From an uncultured Chloroflexia bacterium (GTDB taxonomy: Bacteria; Chloroflexota; UBA6077; JACCZL01): a stretch of DNA of 64,000 nt. A program made the position numbers and the translations under genes. Below, one piece after another: positions 53,343-64,000 of the stretch. Location: contig CAVXYC010000011.1 of NCBI GenBank assembly GCA_963765765.1, forward strand, positions 1 to 64,000. Reading direction: 5' to 3'. Numbering within the stretch: position 1 is the stretch's first letter; every line of letters starts with the position of its first letter. The notes beneath the pieces were generated by a model that worked only from the letters and a program-made list of their open reading frames with translations, was not told where the DNA came from and ran no database searches.

Positions 53343-55496
53343 TTGGACCTACCCGTAATCCTCATCGTTGGCCATGACGCGTTGGTGCGGCGCGCCATGC
53401 AGCGAGATCTCGAACGGCAGTTTGCTAGCGACTATCAGGTGCGCTCAGTAAAATTTACCCGGTCGGCCTGGTCTCGACGTCATCCGCGAATGCGCCTTGC
53501 ACGGGCAATGGGTGGCCATGCTGCTTGCCGACCAGCCTATGCCAGAGATGAGCGGCATCGCGTTTCTGGCCGAGTCGGCTCGATTAACTCCGAGAGCCAA
53601 ACGAGTGTTGCTGGCTGCCTATGACGATACTCAGGCCGCGATCAGCGCGATCAACCAAGTGCGTCTGGACTACTATCTCCCGCGACCAACGGGCTCTCCC
53701 GACCAGAGCCATTACACCGCCATCGGGACCTCCTGGATGACCGGCACACAACCGCGCCGAGGGGGGGCACCGGAATTCGTGTCGTCGGTCATCGCTGCAT
53801 CCGCCCGTTCCCATGAGATCAAAGATTATCTAGCGCGGAGCCTGGTTCCTTATGAATGGATGGACGTTGAGGCACAGGGGGACGCGCAGCATCTACCTTG
53901 GCGCTTCCCGGCACCAACCCGGCCCAGCTTCCACTGGTGCTCTTTCCCGATGGCGCGACACTGGTCCAGCCTGACGTTTCCAAACTCGCGCAACACCTGG
54001 GCCTTCGCACGCACGCCCAACGTCGTTTCTACGATCTCGTCATCGTCGGTGGCGAACCGGCCGGATTGGCCGCGGCAGTCTACGGTGCCCTGGAAGGGCT
54101 CCACACGCTACTGATTGAGCGCGAGGCTCCTGGCGGTCAGGCAGGAATGAGCGCACGCATCGAGAACTACCTGGGGTTCCCTTCATGTCTCAGCGGTGGC
54201 GAGCGGACCCGACACGCTGCTGCTCAAGCCAGTCGCTTCGGGGCCGAGATCCTGACTCCATGCGAGGTGGTTAGCGTCGAGCTGCACGGCGACTATCGGG
54301 TGATCCGTCTGTCCTCGGGCGAAGAGATCAACTGTCAGGCGCTGCTCATCGCCACAGGCATCTCTTATCGAAAGCTGGATGTACAGGGCGCCGATCGATT
54401 GTCCGGCGCGGGCGTGTATTACGGAACGGCCGTACCAGAGGCGCTGGAATCGCAGGGGCGGGACGTCTTCATCGTTGGCGGCGGCAACTCGGCCGGCCAG
54501 GCGGCTATGTATCTCTCCCAATATGCCCGCTCGGTGACGGTGCTCGTGCGCGGCGAGTCACTGGCTAGCAGCATGTCGCAGTATCTCATTGCCCAGATTG
54601 AGTCCACGGACCGCGTCACTGTGCGTGCGCGAACGAGCGTCATCGAGGTGCTGGGCGAGAGCCACATTGAGTCGCTACGTCTCCGATGCTCCGATCCCGC
54701 CATGGAGGAGACCATCCCAGGGGACGCACTCTTCATCTTTACAGGTGCTACGCCTCGAACCGATTGGGTAAAGGGGACGATCGAACGCGATGAGGATGGC
54801 TTCATTCTTCCCGGAGCGGACGTGATGCGCGACGGCAACCCACCACTCGGCTGGCCGCTGGAGCGCGATCCCTATTGGCTGAAAAGAGCACGAATACGGC
54901 CCCGGCGTCTTCGTCGCCGGTGATGTGCGTCATGGATCGGTCAAGCAGATCGCCTCAGCAGACCGGCGAAGGCGCCATGGCCGTACAGCTCATTCACGGC
55001 CACCTGGCCGTTCCATCGCCGCGGCGAGTGGGGTGGGCTGCTGCTCCTCGAGGAGCACATCGCTCTCCTGCGCTCATCATAAGTCTCGCGAACCTGGCCG
55101 ATCGCGATCTCGAGCTTCTGGCAGAGCTAGCGAATCCCGTGGACGTACCGTGTGATCAGCTCATTATTGAAGAGGGTCGGGAAGGCGACACGCTTTACCT
55201 GGTGTTGGATGGGCAGCTCGAAGTCTTCACTAATCGCGACGGTCGTGATGTGCGGCTGACGCTCCTCACCCGCGGACAAATCGTTGGCGAAATGGCAGTG
55301 CTGCAGCAATCGCCGCGCACTGGCCTCTGTCCGAGCGGGCTGTGACGCTGGCCTGCTGGTGATCAGCCAGGCCGCGTTTCTACGAATGCTGATGAAGAAT
55401 GCGAGCGCATTGCGTGAAGTCTTGCGCACCGTCACGTCTCGCGTACGCGAGACGGAGAACACGTTAACTCAGCAAGCACCATTCCCTCGTGGATAA
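53343..55496 (+). CDS. Receiver-domain / thioredoxin-reductase-like flavoprotein followed by a cNMP-binding domain (multiple frameshifts; possibly a decayed locus)
   Basis: PVILIV.HD, LLADQPMP.MSG (REC); YDLVIVGG.PAGLAAAVYG..EGL, IENYLGFP, VGGGNSAGQAA, GDVRHGSVK (TrxB-like); IIEEG.EGD.LYLVLDG..GQIVGEMA..PR (cNMP). Confidence 0.75.
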
Positions 55497-55669
55497 GCTC
55501 CAAAGTACTCCCCCTGAGAGGTCTGCATCACGGCTAGTCCACTGAGAGAGGGCGTGCCCGGTAGCCACGGTGCCCCGGTGAATGCACACCGCCCCGACCT
55601 TCCGGCCGCCTTGGCCGAAGCACAGCGCATGATACGAACGGCCCGAAAAGGCTGTCAAGACGTAGCGAA

Positions 55670-55744
55670 ATGAAGAATGCGGAATGAAGAATTAGGTCAG
55701 TAATTCCCTTGACCATTCTTAATTTTTAATTCTGCATTCTTCAT
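55670..55744. repeat. AT-rich hairpin of 7-bp (AATGAAG / ATTCTTC) tandem units between convergent genes
   Basis: ATGAAGAATGCGGAATGAAGAAT / ATTCTTAATTTTTAATTCTGCATTCTTCAT. Confidence 0.8.
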
Positions 55745-55773
55745 ACGTTCAATAGCGCTCCCAATGTGCGAAG

Positions 55774-56271
55774 TCAGTGATCGGTTTGCGCGCTCCGCCA
55801 TCTGGCCGTGGGGGTCGTGCGCGACGAGCTTCCACGTCCGTGTGTCCGACGGCCACGACAGTTTTGGCACGCTTGTCTGAGGGGGATCCCGAGCAGCGAT
55901 TTGGCATTGTCAGGGCCGTCGTTTTTCAGCGTGGCTACGGTCGAGCCGAGACCATGCGCTGCCGCGGCCAGACACAGCCGCTCCGCGAGCCGTCCTTCGT
56001 CAAATGCAACGTCATCGCTCGTGCTAACTATCAGGAACACTCACGCCAGCAGTTGCCGCGGGTTTGGCGCCCCAGTCGCCAAACTTCTCTCTGACCGAGG
56101 CATCATCCACCACGACCACTCCCAGGGCTGCCGATTCACTCCGCTCCCCGTCCAGCAACCGGCCTCGAGAATGTCCTCGATGACCGGCCTATCAATCTCC
56201 TCGGGCGTGTACTCCTTGATCGCCCGAAGCTTCGCTAGAAAGGTCGACTTCTCATTATTAGATAGCGCCAT
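55774..56271 (-). CDS. Nitroreductase family protein (frameshifted)
   Basis: LRAIKEY..EEI....I.DILEAG.WTGSG.NRQPW, FDEGRLAER.CLAAAAHGLGS. Confidence 0.82.
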
Positions 56272-56443
56272 TGCTCCGCCCCCCACACTTCACTGAGCGC
56301 GCTCACGGCACACTTGTGATCAGTCTTCCCACGGTCCTTGCGGTGGCGACCGATCTGCGTCTGAAGATCTCCATGAGCCTGGTTGACAGTCCAGTGCTAG
56401 GCTGACGCACATCTCGACGTTCATGATTCAAAGGGTGGTAACC

Positions 56444-57497
56444 ATGGCTGCACCGGCACCCGCGCTCACATCGTTCATCTCCGCGGACTCGCATGTGATG
56501 GAGCCGCACGATCTCTGGGAGACGCGATTGCCCGCCGCGCTACGAGACGCCGCACCACACTTTCCCGCGCCAAAGGTTGGCGAAGGATTCCAGGGGCAGA
56601 CCCGGTGGGCATGACCCTCACGCCCGACTGGATGAGATGAGCGCGGATAACGTGAGCGTTGAAGTGCTCTACCCCACGCTCACGCTATCGCTGTTCGATC
56701 TGGACGATGCCGACCTTCCAAGAGGGCTGTTTCCGCGTATTCAACGACTGGCTGATCGACTACTGCCAGGTTTCGCCTGAGCGACTCGTCGGTCTAGCGG
56801 CCATCTCTGCCTACAACATTGAGCACGCCGTGGCGGAGCTCACGCGTTGCGCCCAGGTAGGCCTACGAGGTGCGCTCGTCTGGCAAGCGCCGCATCCGGA
56901 TTTGCCGTTACCGGTCAGCATTACGAGCGGCTCTCGGACTGCAGCACAGGACTTGCGCATGCCGATCAGCATGCACATTCTCACGGGACACAGCTACCAC
57001 AAAGGCGGTCTTGATCGCGGCGCAAGTCAGGTCAAGCGCGGGGGTCTAACACCCTTCCGTGGCGCGGTGAATCTGAAGATCGCGGACACGGGCCGGAGCC
57101 ATCTTCGCCCTCGTCTATAGCGGCGGCTCTGGAGCGCTTTCCCGAGCTGAAGATCGTCAGCGTTGAGACGGAGATGGGCTGGCTGCCGTTCTACGAGCAG
57201 CAATGGGACTATTACTTCCACCGCTACGCCGCGGCTAACCCGCCCATCAGCGAGCCGCCCAGCACCTATCTCCGCCGGCAGGTCTACGCAACCTTTTTCA
57301 ACGACCCTATGGGCGCTCGCCAGCTCACCTGGTGGGGTCAGGACACCAGCATGTGGTCCAACGACTTCCCCCACCCCAACACCACCTGGCCCAACTCCCA
57401 GGCCGTCATCACCCGAGCCTCGGCCACCTCCCCGACCCATGTGCAACGCAAAATCCTATGGGAGAATGCGGCGCGGTTATACAGGCTTAAGTCTTAA
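56444..57497 (+). CDS. Amidohydrolase_2 family protein (frameshifted into four ORFs)
   Basis: ISADSHVMEP, EVLYPT, FNDWL.DYC, SMHILTG, VE.EMGWLP, MWSNDFPH, ILWENAARLY. Confidence 0.85.
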
Positions 57498-57640
57498 TGA
57501 TTCAGCGAAGGCGCAGAGAGACTAATGGGACAGCTGATGTGAACACATGACGACGGCCCGTATAACCGCGCGTGGACGGTTATCGATAGATCGTTACTTT
57601 CGCCTCCGTCCAATAAGTCACAGTTCCGTTCAACTGTAGA

Positions 57641-58388
57641 ATGAATTCTAATAATCCCCCTCCGCACAGATTCCCGTTCCATCCGCGTCCTTGCCACCGA
57701 GGCGATCCGTGACCTGATCTCCAGCCGCTCGCTGGCAAGCGGTGACCGCATCCCCGGTGAGCAGAGTTTGGTGACACTCCTTGGAACGTCTCGCTCCACG
57801 GTGCGCGAAGCGCTCAAGTCGCTCGAGCATGAGGGCCTGCTTGTCAGTCGTCAGGGGGCTGGGACGTTTGTCGCCCAAACGGCACCCGTGACCTTGGATC
57901 TGACCGACCTGGATTTTCTCCGCCGCAGTACCAATGAGCTCCTGGCAGGTCGAGGACTGCGCGAAGAGTTTCCGTATGTCTACATCGGCGAGGGGATCGC
58001 CGATGCGACTACGGCAAAACATCTGGGAGTAGAGATTGGCTCCGCCATTGTCATAGCGAATCGAGTGCGCAAGGTCAATGGCGAGCCTATTGGTTTCTTC
58101 AGATCGGAGCTTACGAATTGTCCGGGGCTCCTCGAGAAGCTGCAGGAAGCACAGCCCGCATCGATTCGCGATTTCATCTCCAGGTTGCGCAATGTGCAAA
58201 TCGATCACGCAGTGACAGAGATTCGAGCAGTGTCCGCCTCGTCAGAGCTCGCTCCCATTATCGGTGTACCCGGCGGTCACCCGGTACTCGAAGTACTGCA
58301 GATTCGACACGACGATTCCAACGTACCCATCTACCTCACACAAAGCCACTGGCGAACAGGCACTCATTACTTTCCGTCTCACGCATGA
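57641..58388 (+). CDS. GntR/HutC-subfamily transcriptional regulator with UTRA domain (frameshift in C run near 57660)
   Basis: GDRIPGEQSL..LLGTSRSTVREAL..LE.EGL..RQGAGTFV; C-terminal UTRA pattern (RVRKVNGEP..EIRAVSA..G.PVL). Confidence 0.88.
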
Positions 58389-58410
58389 GTTCCAGGCCTA
58401 AGTTAAAAGC

Positions 58411-58468
58411 TTGCACCCGGTCCATAAGGCTGGTAAGTTAGGGCGCAACTTGTCAGACATCTGATAAC
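58411..58468 (+). promoter_or_regulatory. sigma70-type promoter with a downstream GntR-type operator
   Basis: TTGCAC-17 nt-TAAGTT (58411-58439); near-perfect dyad TTGTCAGA-CA-TCTGATAA (58450-58467) just after the expected +1. Confidence 0.7.
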
Positions 58469-58484
58469 TATCGAGGTGGGTACG

Positions 58485-59795
58485 ATGGCGGACATTGGTG
58501 CATTACGACAGCAAGTAAGTCGAGAGCGACAACGTCCGGCCCGGTAACTCGGGAACCCGGCGACACGTGCTGCTTCTCCTGATTGTCACAATTCCCGGGG
58601 TCCTGTCCCTTGCAGCGTGCAGTCCACCCGCACCAGCTTCACCCACCGCGGCCAGCAAGCCAGCGGCCGCGGGCCGGCGCATCGCCCGTCGTAGCCGCAA
58701 GCCCCGCGGGCTCAGCTGCCGCTCCATCGGCCCTTCACCGGCGGCAAGCCCTGCGGAATCTTCACGGTCGGATTCCGGCAGCCGCCACCCAGCCGACTGG
58801 CAGAGTGGACCAGTCGCTCGCGAACATCTGGCAGGGGAAGACGCTCACCATCGTTGCAGGTGAGGCGGCCGGAAGTGCGAACGACACGACCGCGCGCATC
58901 ATGGCACGGCATCTCGGTCGACATTTCCCCGGTGAGCCAACGATCATCGTCCAAAACTTGCCCCGGCGGGTCGCATCGCATTGCCATGAACTTTCTATAC
59001 ACCGCCAAGCCAGACGGTCTCGCCATCGGCATCGTCGATCTCAACGTCCCCTTCTACCAGCTCTCCGGTGAGGGTGCTGAGCAGGGCGTTCGCTACGACG
59101 TCAACAAGATGCACTGGCTGGGCAGCCCCACGGTGCTGATTCAACCGCTGGCCGCGCACCAGCGAGCGGGCGCAACGCCTTCCGACCTGAGCTCACTGGC
59201 AACACGAGAAGTAAAGATGGCCAACACGTCCGCTGGCGATTCCCCGCACGTGATTCAGGCAGTACTGAATGGCGTTTTCGGTTGGAAGCTCAAGCCGATC
59301 TTTGGCTACCAGGGCACCCAGAACCGGGAGCTTGGCGTGATGCGGGGTGAAGTGGATGGCATGGTGAGCACCTGGGACAGCTTCCGCCGAACCATGGGCG
59401 ATGAATTCAAAGCCAAGAACATGCTCCCCCTCCTGGCCATCGGCGACCTGGGAAACGATCCGCTCCTCGACGGCGTCTCGACGCTAGACAAGCTGGTGGC
59501 AACCAAGACCGCGGAGGACAAGGCCCTGGTGGATCTGGCCGTTCGGCGCTATGACTGGGGTCGACCAATGGTGGCGCCACCCGACACCCCAGCAAACGTG
59601 GTGGCTACGATCCGTGCGGCTGTCAGCCTTACCTTCGCCGACCCGAGCTTCCTGGCGGACGCTCAACAGATCGAGCTTGAGGTGATTCCGGTTTCCGGTG
59701 ATCGGGTCCAGGAGCTTATGACCAGCTTCATGAAGACACCAAAACCTGTGCTGGACCGCATGCAGTCGCTCATCGATGCGGAGGCAGGTAATTGA
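58485..59795 (+). CDS. Bug/TctC-family substrate-binding lipoprotein (frameshifted)
   Basis: LAAC lipobox plus AP linker; WQGKTLTIV.G.AAG.AND.TAR, PG.PTIIVQNLPG, AKPDGL.IG, GYQGT..RGEVDG, RP.VAPP.TP. Confidence 0.85.
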
Positions 59796-61196
59796 CCGTT
59801 GAGCCCGCGCAGATGACCGCCACAGAGCAGCTCGCTGAGTATGTTGCAAACCTGCGGTACGAGGATCTTCCAGCACACGTGATCGAGATGGCCAAGCTGA
59901 GCATTCGCGACATCGTAAGTGTGGCGCTGTTTGCAAGCGATCTCGACTGGACGATGATGGCGGCGGCTATGGCACGCGAAGCCGAATGCGCCCCGGTGGC
60001 CAGCGTCTGGGGCCACGGCTGGAAGACCTCGGCTCCTTACGCAGCGCTGGTCAACGGGACCGCCGCTCACGGCATTGAGATGGACGACCGCAGCCATAAC
60101 CTGGAGATTCACAATGGTGCTGCCACCGTTTCCGCAGCCATCGCCATGGCCGAGCGGTGCGGCAGAAGCGGGCGCGACATCATCCTTGGCGTGGTCTGCG
60201 GTTATGAGGTCGCCTTCCGCGTAGCGCGGGCAACTCGAGGCGGCATCTGGCCGCGCTTCTATTCCGATGGAATCAGGAGCTTCTGGGGCGCCGCCGCTGC
60301 GGCGGGTAAGCTGCTCGAGCTCGACAAAAAGGGCATGGTCTATACCTTCGGTATCACCGGTAGCATGGCTTCCGGCCTGATGGAAGACACGCTCGATCCA
60401 TTTGGCACGATGGTCAAACGACTCCAGGGCGGCGGATGGCAGGGCTATTCCGGCGTCACGGCCGCGCTCCTGGCGCAACAAGGGCTCACGGCGCCGCGCG
60501 CCATGATTGATGGCGAGGATGGGTTCTGCAATTCCTTTTGCACCGTCAAGGAGCCCGATCTCGAGCTTCTCACGAGAGACCTCGGGGAAGACTTCGAGAT
60601 GCTCCACTGGGAGACAAAGCCTTACGCCACCCGCGGCGCTTACCACAGTGCCATCGACGCAGTGAAAGAGCTGCGCGCGGAGCACGGCGTTCAAGCGGAG
60701 CAGGTTGAGCGCATCGTCATGGGTGCGTCCAGCCGAATTGCCGGGAATTCGAACGTCGGGAAGCCTGATTCGGTGATGGCGGCGCAGTACAACTTGCCCT
60801 TCGTCATCTCCGCGGCCTTTCGCCACGATCTAGCCAACCCCGCCATCTGGAACGAGCAGCACTCTTCAGGATGCCCGCATCTGGGACACGTGGAATCGAG
60901 CGTCGGTGGAAGTCGACCCGGAGATCGACGCGATCTACAAGCAGACTGGAACCAACGCGGGTATCCGTGTGACGGCTCAGCTCACGTCCGGTCAGACCAT
61001 TAGCGTGTGGCGAAAACACGCCAAAGGCACACCGGAGAATCCGATGACACGAGCGGACCTGGACTCCAAGTTCACGCTCCTTGCAGCTCACGCGCTCGGA
61101 GATGAAGGTGCCGCCCGACTCGGATCCACTCTGGACCATCTCGAGGACGCGCCGGCGCCATTTGATCTCACCACCCTGACCACGCGCTCCGCGTAA
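59792..61196 (+). CDS. MmgE/PrpD family protein, copy 1 (frameshift near 60860)
   Basis: LAEYV..LRYEDLP, AALVNGTAAHGIEMDD, GYEV, GTMVKRLQ.G, KPY, KGTPENPM. Confidence 0.88.
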
Positions 61197-61223
61197 TCGC
61201 GACGGGGCTGACAAGGACTAGCT

Positions 61224-62594
61224 ATGAGAGAAACAGAGCAGCTCGTTACCTGGGTTGATCAACTCACCTACGCGGACCTGCCTGAGCCGGTGGTCGACAT
61301 GGCCAAGGCATGCATTCGCGATGCAGTGGGTGTTGGCTTGTTCGCGAGCAGCCTTGAATGGACCCAGATGGTGGCCGCGATGGCTCGCGAGGCCGACTGT
61401 GCGCCAGTTGCTAGCGTCTGGGGCTGCGATTGGAAAACCTCGGCGCCATACGCCGCGATGATCAATGGCACCGGGGTCCACGGAATCGAGATGGATGATC
61501 GCAGTCACAACCTGGAGATTCACAACGGCGCTGCGACCGTTCCGGCGGCCCTGGCACTGGCCGAGAAATCGGGTAAGAGTGGCCAGGATCTCATCGTTGC
61601 GGTCGTGTGCGGTTTCGAGGTGGCGTTCAGGCTGGCTCGCGCCACCCAGGCCCGGATCGAGAACTTTTACTGGAGCAGCGTCCGCAGCGTGTTTGGATCG
61701 GCAGCGGCTTCAGGCAAGGTGATCGGGCTCGACCATAAGGGCTTGCTGAACACGCTTGGTATCACGGGCAGCCTGGCTTCGGGCCTGCACGAGCACGTCC
61801 ACGATCCACGCGGGACCATGGTGAAACGACTCCAGGGGGGAGGATGGCCGGCGCAATCAGGAGCGACCGCAGCGCTTCTTGCCGAGAAGGGCATGACGGC
61901 GCCGTCCACGATCCTGGAGGGCAAACTGGGTGTCTGCCAATCCTTCTGCACCAAAGGTGAGCCCGATATCCAAGCGCTCGTTCGAGGGCTAGGCGAGGGA
62001 TTCGAGATCGAGCACTGGGAGACCAAACCATACGCAACATGGGGCAGCGCGGCCGGCATCCTTGACGCCCTTTCACAGGCACGTGAAGAAGCCGGTGTCT
62101 CGCCAGACGAGGTGACGCGCATCTCAGTTGGCTGCTCGAACAAGAGCATGACAAACGCACGCCGCCCGTGGCCGCAATCGGTCCTGTCGGCGCAGGCGAA
62201 TATGCCATTCGTCGTGGCCGCCAGCTTCTACTACGATATGGGCGACCCGGGCATCTGGAGCGAGGAGATCCTGTCCGACGAGCGTATCCCAAGGCTCGCG
62301 GAGCGCTTCGAGACATTCATCGACGATGAGCTGGAGCGTCAGGCCGCCGAGACCAATGTCATCGGTGCGGGCAAGGTCGCGCTGACGCTGGCCGACGGGC
62401 GCACAATCAAGGCGTGGGTACCACATCCATCGGGAACGCCTGAAAACCCACTCACGGAGGAGCAGCTCACCCGGAAATTCCGGACCCTGAGCAGCCGCGC
62501 ACTGCCGGATGCACAGATCGATGAGCTGCTGCGCTACATCAATACGCTCGACACGCACACGGGCCAGCTCGATTTGGCAGCGTCGCGGACATGA
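61224..62594 (+). CDS. MmgE/PrpD family protein, copy 2
   Basis: AAMINGTGVHGIEMDD, GFEV, GTMVKRLQ.G, KPY, SGTPENPL. Confidence 0.9.
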   Translation: MRETEQLVTWVDQLTYADLPEPVVDMAKACIRDAVGVGLFASSLEWTQMVAAMAREADCAPVASVWGCDWKTSAPYAAMINGTGVHGIEMDDRSHNLEIHNGAATVPAALALAEKSGKSGQDLIVAVVCGFEVAFRLARATQARIENFYWSSVRSVFGSAAASGKVIGLDHKGLLNTLGITGSLASGLHEHVHDPRGTMVKRLQGGGWPAQSGATAALLAEKGMTAPSTILEGKLGVCQSFCTKGEPDIQALVRGLGEGFEIEHWETKPYATWGSAAGILDALSQAREEAGVSPDEVTRISVGCSNKSMTNARRPWPQSVLSAQANMPFVVAASFYYDMGDPGIWSEEILSDERIPRLAERFETFIDDELERQAAETNVIGAGKVALTLADGRTIKAWVPHPSGTPENPLTEEQLTRKFRTLSSRALPDAQIDELLRYINTLDTHTGQLDLAASRT

Positions 62595-62646
62595 GCGGGT
62601 TCAGATCACAGGAGTCGGAACCATTCAACTCGGAGATCGCTACCAT

Positions 62647-63915
62647 ATGACCGATCGGAACACACAGCGCACATCATTGCGGGACCGTGCGCAGCGAAGT
62701 GCGGGCGGGATTCTGCTGATCGCATGCGTGGCTCTGGCCGCGTGCTCGAGTCCGGCCACGCCATCACCCACTACCAAGCCGTCGGCCCCGGCTGCTCCGG
62801 CAAACCCGGCAGCGCCGGCCGCCGCATCTCCGGCGGCGGCCAAGCCCGCTGCTTCACCGGCAGCCTCTCCAGCCGCCTCCCCCGCGGCGCAGGCGCCCGT
62901 CGTGCCGAAGCCGTCTGCGCCACCGGATCCGGCGCTGGCCAGTGTGTGGTCGGGCAAGGTGTTCACCATGGTCATCAGCGAGGCGCCGGGCGGCGCCGCT
63001 GATGCTACGGCGCGGCTGGTGGGCACCCATCTGGTGAAGCACCTTCCGGGCAACCCGACGTACGTTCCGCAGAACATGCCCGGTGCTAATAGCCGTATCG
63101 CGGCCAACTCCCTGTACACAGCTAAAGGGGACGGCTTGACCGTCGGGATGGTCAACTCCGGGGTCCCCCGCATTCCAGCTCGCTGGTGAGGGGGCCGAAC
63201 AGGGGGTGCGCTACGACGTCACCAAGTTCGAGTGGATCGGGAGTCCCACGGTTCAGACGCAGGCGCTCGTGGTCCATCAGAAGGTCGGCGTCACAGTGCA
63301 GACGCTCGATCAGCTCAAGACCAAGACCGTGACATTAGCTGGGCAATCGCCGGGCGAGACAACCCAGATGGTGTCGGTGCTGCTCAACCATGCGCTGGGC
63401 TGGGAACTCAAGACCGTCTTTGGTTACCAGGGCCTCCCCGGGGCGCATCCTGGGCATCGATCGCGGCGAGGTGGACGGACTTGTGGCCACCTGGGACGGC
63501 GTACCATTGATCAAGGGCGACGACCTGCGCAACACGACACTCCTGCCCCTGTGATCGCCGGTAAACAGAAGGTCCACCCGCTCCCTGGCAGGCGTACCCA
63601 ACGCAGAACGGCTTTTTGCCAACACCACACCCGAGACGCGAGAAATGCTGGCACTGGTGACACGGCCGTATGAATGGGCGCGACCGTTTCTGGCGCCTCC
63701 CGAAACGCCGGCCAACATCGTCGCCGGTTTGCGCGCCGCGTTCGACGCGACCATGGCAGATCCTGACTTCCAGGCCGAGGCCAGGTGCCTTCAGATCGAC
63801 GTCCTGCCGGTCTCGGGCGAGCGGATGCAGACCGGGCATGGCCGAGTATCTGAAATCGTCGCGGGAAACCGTCGATAAGCTCCAGGCGCTGGTCGACGCG
63901 GATGCTCCCCAGTGA
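62647..63915 (+). CDS. Bug/TctC-family substrate-binding lipoprotein (frameshifted)
   Basis: LAAC lipobox plus AP linker; WSGKVFTMVI.EAPGG.AD.TAR, PGNPT.VPQNMPGA, KGDGLT.G, RPFLAPPETP. Confidence 0.85.
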
Positions 63916-64000
63916 TGTCCCGGCTCGACCGGGAGCTGTCGATGCCAATGAAAGAGACATCTCGTCTCGCGTCCTTCCTCGCAGATCTTCGCTACGAAGA
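63915..64000 (+). CDS. Start of a third MmgE/PrpD family protein (runs off the window)
   Basis: MKETSRLASFLADLRYE parallels MRETEQLVTWVDQLTY and TEQLAEYVANLRYE of copies 2 and 1; TGATG overlap with the upstream gene. Confidence 0.7.
   Translation, partial: MSRLDRELSMPMKETSRLASFLADLRYE

Overview
High-GC bacterial chromosomal DNA, most likely from a Chloroflexota member. This is inferred from the SH3b-tagged secreted proteins, the lipoprotein-type solute-binding proteins with long Ala/Pro linkers, the Rho/IF-1 style and a c-di-AMP riboswitch. Bases 1-39 resemble an Oxford Nanopore adapter and many conserved genes (ureB, ureC, ureG, urtB, DEAD helicase) carry single-base frameshifts, so this is probably an unpolished long read and most frameshifts are artefacts. 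Contents in order: the 3' end of a giant Ig/cadherin-repeat surface protein; a methyltransferase followed by a duplicated 3' fragment and a foreign-looking DUF4062-AbiTii-like gene (candidate anti-phage protein); AKR, Rrf2, amidohydrolase, SDR, SBP and cupin genes; a sulfate uptake/activation operon (cysH-sbp-cysT-cysW-cysA-cysD-cysNC); a cell-envelope glycan cluster (GH-SH3b, Zn peptidase, GH1, flippase-like protein, GT2); an NRAMP remnant; infA; a c-di-AMP riboswitch upstream of an SH3b-3D gene; rho; a urea operon (urtABCDE-ureABC-ureFGD, no ureE); a DEAD-box helicase; TelA/XpaC-like genes; a REC-TrxB-cNMP locus; and a GntR-linked array of Bug/TctC receptors alternating with three MmgE/PrpD paralogs. 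Intergenic spaces hold several families of REP-like and heptamer-built hairpins. No CRISPR array, rRNA, tRNA or intact transposase was seen. All family assignments come from motif recognition, not database searches.
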